From assembly GCA_012862495.1 (NCBI GenBank), contig BLSG01000090.1, positions 251,887-305,287 on the forward strand: a stretch of DNA of 53,401 nucleotides, written 5' to 3'. The position numbers and the translations under genes were made by a program. How positions within the stretch are numbered: the stretch's first letter is position 1; every line of letters starts with the position of its first letter. This document shows positions 1 through 9,342 of this stretch, piece after piece. The stretch comes from Thraustochytrium aureum. Its lineage: Eukaryota. The notes under the pieces are model-generated. The model had not been told where the DNA came from and ran no database searches. It worked only from the letters and a program-made list of their open reading frames with translations.

Positions 1-2
1 GT

Positions 3-737
3 TCCAGCCAGCCTGCTGCGGCCCCGGCCGCCGCTCCAGCGTCGGGGAACAACGACGCCGAAGGCGACCGCCTGAAGAACGAGGGCAACAAGCTGCTCCA
101 GGAGCGCGACTACGAGGGCGCCGCCCAAAAGTACTCTGAGGCCATCGAGGTGTGCCCGACGGGGGCCAACGCGTACATCTACTACTGCAATCGCGCCGCG
201 GCCTACATCAACCTCGGCAAGGACGAGGAGGCCGCAGAGGACAGCGCTGTGTCTGCAACGCTGATGCCCGACTACTCGAAGGCGCACGCGCGGGCCGCCC
301 AGGCCAACCAGCGCCTAGGACGGAAGGAGCAGGCTGTCGAGAGCGCCAAGCGCGCTCTGGAGCTCGACCCGACCAGCGCCCTGGCCAAGGCTGTCCTCGC
401 CGAGTGCGGCGGCGCAGGCGCAGGAGCAGCCGCGAACCCGCTCGCTGCTATGGGCGGCCTCGGCGGCCTCGGCGGCATGGCTGACATGATGAAAAACATG
501 GACCCCGCAATGATGGAGCAGATGCGCGGCATGGCCGGTGGTATGGGCGGCGGTGCCGGCGGCATGCCCGACCTCGGCTCGCTCATGAGCAACCCTATGA
601 TGATGCAAATGGCGCAGCAAATGATGCAAGACCCTTCGATGATGGCCAAGGCGCAGGAGATGATGCAAAACCCCGACGCCATGGCGCAAGCGATGAAGAT
701 GTTTGGCGGCATGGGCGGTGCCGGCGGTGGTATCTGA
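3..737 (+). CDS. SGTA: SGT/SGTA-like TPR co-chaperone with C-terminal Met/Gln-rich STI1-like region (5'-partial)
   Basis: Frame open from position 3: GDRLKNEGNKLLQERDYEGAAQKYSEAIE..YYCNRAAAY..PDYSKAHARAAQA (3 TPRs), then GMPDLGSLMSNPMMMQMAQQMMQDP (STI1/DP repeats); TGA at 735-737. Confidence 0.85.
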   Translation, partial: SSQPAAAPAAAPASGNNDAEGDRLKNEGNKLLQERDYEGAAQKYSEAIEVCPTGANAYIYYCNRAAAYINLGKDEEAAEDSAVSATLMPDYSKAHARAAQANQRLGRKEQAVESAKRALELDPTSALAKAVLAECGGAGAGAAANPLAAMGGLGGLGGMADMMKNMDPAMMEQMRGMAGGMGGGAGGMPDLGSLMSNPMMMQMAQQMMQDPSMMAKAQEMMQNPDAMAQAMKMFGGMGGAGGGI

Positions 738-895
738 CTCAGCGACGAGCTAGACGTGGGGGCTTTTCCGCGGCTCGGAGCGGTTCATGCTGGGCACGGT
801 AGAGCTGACACAAGTAGACGCGAAAAACGAGGAACCTTTGCCTTGCCTGTTACCTATCTATAGATTTCGGCTCAGCACCGCTGCCTTCCGCGCGC

Positions 896-2875
896 TCACG
901 ACGCGCTCGTATGCAAAAGGCCGCCCTCGGCCCGACGAATCCCAATCGCCGCTCGACACGCCTGGCCCCGTTGCAGGCGCGCCCACTTCCGCCCGACCTC
1001 GAACCGCGCTGTCCTCCACGCGGATTCCGCCTTGGCGGCGGCAGCGGCAGCGACGTCCATGTGGATCGCGCCCTCGCCGCTGGACTCGAACTGGTCCAGC
1101 TCGAAATCGAGCGGCGCAGTTAGGATCGAAAACGACGTGCGAAAGATAAAGCCCAGGCTGATGAGGACGCACACGTAAAACAAGTATACATCGGCCAGGA
1201 CGCGCTTGTACCACGGCAGCTGGCACTCGAGCGGCATGAAGCGCCCGACGCCAACATTTAGGACGTTGCTGATCCAGTATGCACCACGCGCTGCGCCCCC
1301 GCCGAGCCGAGCCGCCCGCGCAAGCTCGCGCAGCGCCCCTTTGCTGCAGTCCTCCGCTGCCTCTCGCAAAACTGCACTCTCCAAAACGGCCGCGGCGCCA
1401 GCAAAGTGATCTAGCTGGTTCGGCCGCACCACCGTCCCAAGCCCGTGCCGCGCAACGTGACGGGCCACCTCAAAGTGCTCCGCAAGGAGGGGGCGCACGA
1501 CGAGGGCTGCCGCGTTGCACAGAGCTGCCAAAAACACGCACGCCACGTCCCCGGAGGTGANNNNNNNNNNNNNNNNNNNNNNNNNNNNNNNNNNNNNNNN
1601 NNNNNNNNNNNNNNNNNNNNNNNNNNNNNNNNNNNNNNNNNNNNNNNNNNNNNNNNNNNNNNNNNNNNNNNNNNNNNNNNNNNNNNNNNNNNNNNNNNNN
1701 NNNNNNNNNNNNNNNNNNNNNNNNNNNNNNNNNNNNNNNNNNNNNNNNNNNNNNNNNNNNNNNNNNNNNNNNNNNNNNNNNNNNNNNNNNNNNNNNNNNN
1801 NNNNNNNNNNNNNNNNNNNNNNNNNNNNNNNNNNNNNNNNNNNNNNNNNNNNNNNNNNNNNNNNNNNNNNNNNNNNNNNNNNNNNNNNNNNNNNNNNNNN
1901 NNNNNNNNNNNNNNNNNNNNNNNNNNNNNNNNNNNNNNNNNNNNNNNNNNNNNNNNNNNNNNNNNNNNNNNNNNNNNNNNNNNNNNNNNNNNNNNNNNNN
2001 NNNNNNNNNNNNNNNNNNNNNNNNNNNNNNNNNNNNNNNNNNNNNNNNNNNNNNNNNNNNNNNNNNNNNNNNNNNNNNNNNNNNNNNNNNNNNNNNNNNN
2101 NNNNNNNNNNNNNNNNNNNNNNNNNNNNNNNNNNNNNNNNNNNNNNNNNNNNNNNNNNNNNNNNNNNNNNNNNNNNNNNNNNNNNNNNNNNNNNNNNNNN
2201 NNNNNNNNNNNNNNNNNNNNNNNNNNNNNNNNNNNNNNNNNNNNNNNNNNNNNNNNNNNNNNNNNNNNNNNNNNNNNNNNNNNNNNNNNNNNNNNNNNNN
2301 NNNNNNNNNNNNNNNNNNNNNNNNNNNNNNNCTCAAAGAAGCCTCTCAAAGCTGCCCGGGTGGCGTTGCCCAGGGCGGCTTGGTTGCCTCCGAACGGCGC
2401 GTCCGAGCTCGCCAACTCCACCGTTTGCAGGCGCCGTCTGGTGGCGGCGGTTTGCGCCCGTACGTGCCCATCGAGTGCTGCCTTGGCGAACCACGCTGGC
2501 GTGGCAAACGAGACGCGAAGCCCCTCCGCGCCACCCCTGGCGGCGAGCTCAGTGGCCACTTCGCTGCGCCGGCAAAACGAACGTCGGCGGCTTGACGGTC
2601 AGCAGGCGTTCGACCGTGCGTGCGAGCACCTCCCCAGGCACACCCGACGCATCTGCAGTGCGAGCTGCCCCTGAGCCACGAACCATCGCAGCCCCGCCCG
2701 GGGCCCAACACCGCGCGGCGCTGCCAGCACAAACTCACACCAAGGGGTCCGCGTGCCGAAACACTGGAATCGACACAAACAGCACGTGTCGTGCCCGCCC
2801 GGCGCCCACCGGGAAGGGCGCGCAGGCAGCATCTCGCAGCTGCCAGCAGACCAGCAGCAGCAGCAGCCCGAGCAT
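896..2875 (-). CDS. Membrane-anchored GT1 UDP-glycosyltransferase (UGT-like); one intron; middle lies in N gap
   Basis: Signal peptide MLGLLLLLVCWQ; N-terminal HVLFVSIPVFRHADPL|VEVATELAARG..RVSFATP across intron 2738-2564; C-terminal PLLAEHFEVARHVARHGLG, AYWISNVL..LPWYKRVLADVYLFYVCVLISLGFIF (UGT stem plus TM helix). Confidence 0.75.
2564..2738 (-). other. GT-AG spliceosomal intron (175 nt) in UGT gene
   Basis: Donor GTGAGT at 2738, acceptor TTTTGCCGGCGCAG ending 2564; splicing removes an in-frame stop and restores HADPLVEVATELAARG. Confidence 0.75.
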
Positions 2876-3310
2876 TGCTCGCTCCTGCGCCACCGCGCGC
2901 GCCTCTCCTCGCGCGCTGCTGTTCGCGTTCTGTTGTCCTCCCGCAAATACTTTTGCACCCACACAAAAGCAAACGGGTAAGTAGACTCCGACAACCGCAA
3001 CGACAGAGTTGGCCGAAGTGGAGCCTACGGGTACTGGCCAGGCGCCCGAGACGAGCCTCGCTGCCTCCTGGTTGATTGCGCTGGCCCCTGGACACGCCGA
3101 GCATCATGGGAGGCGGTGGCGCTGGAGCAGGGCTGAACCGTGCTCGAGCACGCTGACGCACGACAAGGCCCACGTCTCAGCGCCGTGTCCATGACGTGAG
3201 AAGCGTTTTCTGCGAAAGAGTGCGGAGCCTATCTATCCCCCTCTGGGAGCGCGGCGGCCGAGTCATGCATTGGTCAAGGGCTGCCCTGATGCAGCCGCGA
3301 AAACTTTTTT

Positions 3311-3671
3311 CTACTCTACCTCATCTACCTCATCTACCTCGAACGAAGGCGATGCTGGCGCCGAGGCGCCTCCAAGTGAAACAGGCCGCCTGACGGCCAC
3401 GACCACAACGCCGGCGCAAAGCCCCACGGGCTCGACCGCCGCCGCCGACTGCTCCACCCACTAACTCTGCACTCCGACGCGAAGCTGTTCCGAGAACGCC
3501 TTGCTCGTCGGAGGCCCTGCTCGAACGAACGAGCCCTGGTAAGCCGATCACGGCCTGCAAGTGGTGGCGCTGCAAATAGGTGCCCCTCTCGTCACGGGGA
3601 GAGTGCCCTCGAAACGCGACAACCCAGACTGGAACGTCGACGTCAAACCCCTCTGCTCGGCCGGCCGCCAT
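3311..3671 (-). CDS. Possible small hypothetical protein (needs one frameshift)
   Basis: ATG 3671 MAAGRAEGFDVDVPVWVVAFRG..; alternate frame ends ..GVVVVAVRRP..FEVDEVDEVE-TAG at 3311; no recognisable family. Confidence 0.25.
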
Positions 3672-3819
3672 CGCACACTTTCCGAGCGCTATCGACGGTA
3701 GCGCCCCCGACAGTACAGGCGCTGCGAGACTGCTTAGCGCTCCACTTCCCTATTCAGCGCTCCGCTTCCCTATTCAACCCTCCACTGCCCAGGTAGCTTC
3801 GCCCGCGCTCATTCCAAAC

Positions 3820-5493
3820 CTAAAAGAACGCGGGGATGAGGCGCCGCGGTGCCGACCACCACTCTCGAAAAACGAACACGACCGCCCAGTCGCCAATGTC
3901 CCAAATCAGCTTGCCGAGCGGATTACCAGCGAGATGTAGCTTCTTGGTCTCCTCCACGATGGTCTTGAGCACGGCAGGTACGAAGCCGTTCAAACGAGCC
4001 CCTGGAACTGGAACGAACCCTCGATCTCGCCCAAGCTCGTCACGCTCGTGAGAGGCACGAGGAACCGCGAGCCCGTGAGGCAGAGGGAAACTCGTCCAGG
4101 TCGTGGTCGGCGCGCCCCTGCACCTTGGCAACTACGNNNNNNNNNNNNNNNNNNNNNNNNNNNNNNNNNNNNNNNNNNNNNNNNNNNNNNNNNNNNNNNN
4201 NNNNNNNNNNNNNNNNNNNNNNNNNNNNNNNNNNNNNNNNNNNNNNNNNNNNNNNNNNNNNNNNNNNNNNNNNNNNNNNNNNNNNNNNNNNNNNNNNNNN
4301 NNNNNNNNNNNNNNNNNNNNNNNNNNNNNNNNNNNNNNNNNNNNNNNNNNNNNNNNNNNNNNNNNNNNNNNNNNNNNNNNNNNNNNNNNNNNNNNNNNNN
4401 NNNNNNNNNNNNNNNNNNNNNNNNNNNNNNNNNNNNNNNNNNNNNNNNNNNNNNNNNNNNNNNNNNNNNNNNNNNNNNNNNNNNNNNNNNNNNNNNNNNN
4501 NNNNNNNNNNNNNNNNNNNNNNNNNNNNNNNNNNNNNNNNNNNNNNNNNNNNNNNNNNNNNNNNNNNNNNNNNNNNNNNNNNNNNNNNNNNNNNNNNNNN
4601 NNNNNNNNNNNNNNNNNNNNNNNNNNNNNNNNNNNNNNNNNNNNNNNNNNNNNNNNNNNNNNNNNNNNNNNNNNNNNNNNNNNNNNNNNNNNNNNNNNNN
4701 NNNNNNNNNNNNNNNNNNNNNNNNNNNNNNNNNNNNNNNNNNNNNNNNNNNNNNNNNNNNNNNNNNNNNNNNNNNNNNNNNNNNNNNNNNNNNNNNNNNN
4801 NNNNNNNNNNNNNNNNNNNNNNNNNNNNNNNNNNNNNNNNNNNNNNNNNNNNNNNNNNNNNNNNNNNNAAAGTGCGAAGCACGCCGGGGTGTACTCAAAC
4901 CAGTCCTTTTCGTCCACTAAAACCACGTCGAGCATCTCGGGGGCGCTGCGCTCAAGCGCAAATTTTACTTTGAGCCCCCCAAAACCGCCGCCAAGCACGA
5001 CCACGCGAGCCTTGCCGATTTTCGCAAGCTCTTGCGCTGCTTCCGCGTCCGACAGCGAGATGGAGGCCGCCACAGAGGCCGAGCGCGCGTTCCGCTCGTA
5101 CTCTTTGCGGCGCTCCAGCCTCTCTCTTGCCTGAAGGAGCCAGCGCAGCGGGGCGGCGACGGGTTCTGCGGTCCAGGCCAGGGCCCCGAGCGCCCCAACG
5201 CACCGACGCGTCACGTTCAACACCATGAGTTTGGAGAGGACGCTCGCGCGCTGCAAAACAGAGGCCTCTGCTTTTGCCAGAGCGGCCCGCGCCTTTGCGG
5301 CATCCCTCTCGCTGGACGTTATGCAGGCTGCGGCAAGCGCCTCATCGATCTGTGCGTCCGCAGGCGCTTGTTCCGACGTCTGGGCCGCCTCCTCCTTGCC
5401 GAGCGCCTCGACCTCCGCACCCGCCTCCTCCTCGGGCGACTCGCCTTTCGGCAACCCAGCGGCGCGATCGCCAGACGGCTCGCCGGGCTTCAT
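3820..5493 (-). CDS. AIFM2/FSP1(AMID)-like FAD-dependent NAD(P)H oxidoreductase; gap in middle; two apparent frameshifts near 4080 and 3990
   Basis: Rossmann motif RVVVLGGGFGG..VVLVDEKDWFEYTP; C-terminus rebuilt across frames: DEFP / LTGSRFLVPLTSVTSLGEIEGSFQFQGLV / LNGFVPAVLKTIVEETKK..; true start may lie upstream in the gap. Confidence 0.7.
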
Positions 5494-6270
5494 CGGCTGG
5501 TCCGCCGCGCANNNNNNNNNNNNNNNNNNNNNNNNNNNNNNNNNNNNNNNNNNNNNNNNNNNNNNNNNNNNNNNNNNNNNNNNNNNNNNNNNNNNNNNNN
5601 NNNNNNNNNNNNNNNNNNNNNNNNNNNNNNNNNNNNNNNNNNNNNNNNNNNNNNNNNNNNNNNNNNNNNNNNNNNNNNNNNNNNNNNNNNNNNNNNNNNN
5701 NNNNNNNNNNNNNNNNNNNNNNNNNNNNNNNNNNNNNNNNNNNNNNNNNNNNNNNNNNNNNNNNNNNNNNNNNNNNNNNNNNNNNNNNNNNNNNNNNNNN
5801 NNNNNNNNNNNNNNNNNNNNNNNNNNNNNNNNNNNNNNNNNNNNNNNNNNNNNNNNNNNNNNNNNNNNNNNNNNNNNNNNNNNNNNNNNNNNNNNNNNNN
5901 NNNNNNNNNNNNNNNNNNNNNNNNNNNNNNNNNNNNNNNNNNNNNNNNNNNNNNNNNNNNNNNNNNNNNNNNNNNNNNNNNNNNNNNNNNNNNNNNNNNN
6001 NNNNNNNNNNNNNNNNNNNNNNNNNNNNNNNNNNNNNNNNNNNNNNNNNNNNNNNNNNNNNNNNNNNNNNNNNNNNNNNNNNNNNNNNNNNNNNNNNNNN
6101 NNNNNNNNNNNNNNNNNNNNNNNNNNNNNNNNNNNNNNNNNNNNNNNNNNNNNNNNNNNNNNNNNNNNNNNNNNNNNNNNNNNNNNNNNNNNNNNNNNNN
6201 NNNNNNNNNNNNNNNNNNNNNNNNNNNNNNNNNNNNNNNNNNNNNNNNNNNNNNNNNNNNNNNNNNNNGC

Positions 6271-9189
6271 GTTCGCGCGGCCTTTGAAGTGGAAGAGAAT
6301 GAGTACATGCGAGACAAGTTCATGCAGGTGTCAACGCTCGGGCTCGCTGGCAAGCGAGGAGTCAGCGAGAGCTGGAATCTGGCCGAAACCCAGGTCGGCA
6401 CGGTGTGGAAGCCGCGCATCCTGATGATCACCATGTCCTCCGTCCTCCTTTTCGGCACCAAGAAAACGGCTCCGGCCTCGCCAAGCGCAGGCGGCAGCGT
6501 GGCCGAAATTGATGCCACCCGCAGCCACGCCGGGGACGAAGGCCTCCTCAACAAGGCCGACGAGCTCAAGACCTCAGTGTCGATGGAAGACATCTCGTAC
6601 GCCTGCCAGTTCACCGACCCGCGCGGTTCCGATGCGGCAATCCTGCAAATCCGCGCCACGCACGTGACTGGTGTTGTTCGCACCACTTTGGTCCGCCTCA
6701 AGAGCGCGGACGAGCTGAACCGCGCCATGGACGTCCTCGAGGTAGCCATTCGAAGCTATCGCTCCGCGCTGGACTGGCTGAAAGAAGGCCTTATCAACGA
6801 AAACTCGTCCGCGCACTCTGCCCATGGCGCGCAGGCATACAACATCGTCGCGATCACACAGCGCGACAGCAAAACCGGCGACGAACGNNNNNNNNNNNNN
6901 NNNNNNNNNNNNNNNNNNNNNNNNNNNNNNNNNNNNNNNNNNNNNNNNNNNNNNNNNNNNNNNNNNNNNNNNNNNNNNNNNNNNNNNNNNNNNNNNNNNN
7001 NNNNNNNNNNNNNNNNNNNNNNNNNNNNNNNNNNNNNNNNNNNNNNNNNNNNNNNNNNNNNNNNNNNNNNNNNNNNNNNNNNNNNNNNNNNNNNNNNNNN
7101 NNNNNNNNNNNNNNNNNNNNNNNNNNNNNNNNNNNNNNNNNNNNNNNNNNNNNNNNNNNNNNNNNNNNNNNNNNNNNNNNNNNNNNNNNNNNNNNNNNNN
7201 NNNNNNCTACAAGAGGAGACCGCGAGCGCCGCGCCAAACGCCCAAGCCGCCGAGCCTAGCGTGGCAGAGCGTGCCTCCTCGGAGGAACAGGCGCTCTCCT
7301 TTGAGCTGAAAGAGACCAGCATCGTCGCTGCTGTTTGCGTCGCGGTGGCAGCTGCCATGGTAGCCCCAGACTGGTGCTTTTCCCGCAAGGCCCTGCTCAC
7401 CCTGTTGGCAGTGCCGGTTGCGCTCTTGATGCTTGCGGTGCGCAGCAGGGCGGGCCACAAGTCTTCCCGCGCGGAGCAGGCGCCCGATGTGATTGAGCAG
7501 CAGAAACAGGAGGAGGGGCGGGACCAGGGCGTCGTGACAGCCCGTATTCGGTTTGTGACTGCATCAGAGGGGCTCTCTGACGGTGTGATGGATCCTAGCG
7601 AGACGCTAGAGTCGTACAGGGACAAGTACTCGATGAAGAGCAAGCTCTCCGCCCTTGCTGCTGCCGGGGTGGTGAGCTCCTCGCGGCGCAATCTCAGCGT
7701 GGCCGACGAATCCAAGCTTGAGGGGATCGACGCGCTGCTGCGCGCGCTTGAAGGGGCCCACGAAACCCTGCAAGACAGCGACTGCCCCCAAAAGTGGTTT
7801 GACGCCACGGACGGCAACGAAAAAGACGCTATCCGGCAGTGGCGCGACTCCCTGTCGTGGCGCCGCGAACTCGAGGTGGACACGATTCTCACGCGCCCGC
7901 TGCCAAAGTTTTTCCAGATCAAGAGCCTGTTCCCGCACGCTTGGCTTGGGATCGACAACTCGGGCCACCTCGTCACGCTCGAGCAGTTTGGGAACGTCAG
8001 GAAGAACGTGCACGACATGAAGGCCGCCGGCATCACGGCGGAGGACTTTGCCTACCACTGTGTCTTTCTCAACGAGTACTGGATCAAAAACAAGGTGACG
8101 CAAACGGGGCGGCTCAACAAGATTGTTGACCTCAAGGGATTCGGGGTTAGCCAACTCTCCAAGGAGGTCATCAACTTTTTCCAGCCCATGAACCACGCCA
8201 TGCAGCAGTACCCAGAGCTCATCATCAAGGTCCACATTATCAACGCCCCCAGCTCGTTCCGCTTTGCGTGGCGCATCGTGTCTGCTTTCCTCGCGAAAAA
8301 GACCACGGAGAAAATCAGCGTCGTCTCCGGCAACGAAAAGACCATCTCGGACCTCCTCACGAGCATGATCCCCAAAAACATACTCCTGCCAGACTACGGC
8401 GGCACCATGGACCTTCCCTTCCGTGACATCCCCGTCGAGGTCGACACGGCCAACTACATCCGCCGCGTCAACCACAATGCCGGGGTGCAGGGCCCCGATG
8501 ATTGGGACCCTCTTGGCCTGGACGACCCGCGCCTCGTGGCCAAGGCGGAACCGGTGGATGGCACGGCTGGCGCCGCTTTGACGGAGCCTGTCGCAGCCCC
8601 GGTAGTGATGGCCGCCAGTGCCGTCCCTGCCAAGCTGGACGAAACTGCAGCCCCCGCACCGGCCCCTGCCCTTGCAGGTCCGCATGCTGACGATCCAAGC
8701 GTCCAGCTCCTCATGGGCGACTGGGTCGGCGACTCTGAGCGCAGTGACAACATGGACCCCATTCTTGAGCTACAAGGTATCTCGTGGATCAAGCGCAAGG
8801 CAGCCAAGATGCTCACGCCAAACCAGAGCATACAGATTCTGGGCAACTCGGACCAGCTCCAAATCGACATCACCACCAAGTCTGGTCCGGTGGTCACCAA
8901 GGTGCAGGGCATCATCAACGGGGCCCCGGCCACGGTCGCCGAGGGCACGGAGGGCGCGGGCGAGGTGGTCAGCGTCAGAACCGTGCCGCCGCCACCGCAT
9001 TTCGTCGGCAAGTCTGTTGACTGCTGCGTCCAGCTGGACTTTACGCGAGAGAACGGTGACCGGCGTGTCGTTACGCATGCGATCGCCCAGGGGGACAACG
9101 ATACAAAGCTAATGTCGATACAGTACACTCGCGCTCGAGACAACTCGTCCGCTCTCGTCACGTTGGTGTCTTCCAGGCGGAAGAGATAG
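6271..9189 (+). CDS. Multidomain lipid-binding protein: PH-like domain, TM hairpin, CRAL-TRIO/SEC14 domain, C-terminal FABP/lipocalin-like barrel (5'-partial)
   Basis: WKPRILMITMSSVLLFG (PH-like); hydrophobic pair 7318-7440; WRDSLSWRRELEVDTIL..FPHAWLGIDNSGHLVTLEQFG..YPELIIKVHIINAPSSFRFAWRIVSAFL..LPDYGG (SEC14); LMGDWVGDSERSDNMDPILELQGISWIKRKAAKML (FABP-like). Confidence 0.8.
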   Translation, partial: VRAAFEVEENEYMRDKFMQVSTLGLAGKRGVSESWNLAETQVGTVWKPRILMITMSSVLLFGTKKTAPASPSAGGSVAEIDATRSHAGDEGLLNKADELKTSVSMEDISYACQFTDPRGSDAAILQIRATHVTGVVRTTLVRLKSADELNRAMDVLEVAIRSYRSALDWLKEGLINENSSAHSAHGAQAYNIVAITQRDSKTGDEXXXXXXXXXXXXXXXXXXXXXXXXXXXXXXXXXXXXXXXXXXXXXXXXXXXXXXXXXXXXXXXXXXXXXXXXXXXXXXXXXXXXXXXXXXXXXXXXXXXXXXXXXXXLQEETASAAPNAQAAEPSVAERASSEEQALSFELKETSIVAAVCVAVAAAMVAPDWCFSRKALLTLLAVPVALLMLAVRSRAGHKSSRAEQAPDVIEQQKQEEGRDQGVVTARIRFVTASEGLSDGVMDPSETLESYRDKYSMKSKLSALAAAGVVSSSRRNLSVADESKLEGIDALLRALEGAHETLQDSDCPQKWFDATDGNEKDAIRQWRDSLSWRRELEVDTILTRPLPKFFQIKSLFPHAWLGIDNSGHLVTLEQFGNVRKNVHDMKAAGITAEDFAYHCVFLNEYWIKNKVTQTGRLNKIVDLKGFGVSQLSKEVINFFQPMNHAMQQYPELIIKVHIINAPSSFRFAWRIVSAFLAKKTTEKISVVSGNEKTISDLLTSMIPKNILLPDYGGTMDLPFRDIPVEVDTANYIRRVNHNAGVQGPDDWDPLGLDDPRLVAKAEPVDGTAGAALTEPVAAPVVMAASAVPAKLDETAAPAPAPALAGPHADDPSVQLLMGDWVGDSERSDNMDPILELQGISWIKRKAAKMLTPNQSIQILGNSDQLQIDITTKSGPVVTKVQGIINGAPATVAEGTEGAGEVVSVRTVPPPPHFVGKSVDCCVQLDFTRENGDRRVVTHAIAQGDNDTKLMSIQYTRARDNSSALVTLVSSRRKR

Positions 9190-9342
9190 AGTTCGGGCAG
9201 GTACCTAGGTAGTCTTTTCTTTTTCCTTCATTTCTTCCTTTTCTTTCTCTTTTGATCAAGACCTTGCAGCCGGCGGGCGCAGAGCGTGCGCCAGGCGCCG
9301 CCCCCGCACTCGTATTGCGTGCGCGTTGCCCCTTTTGGCGAG

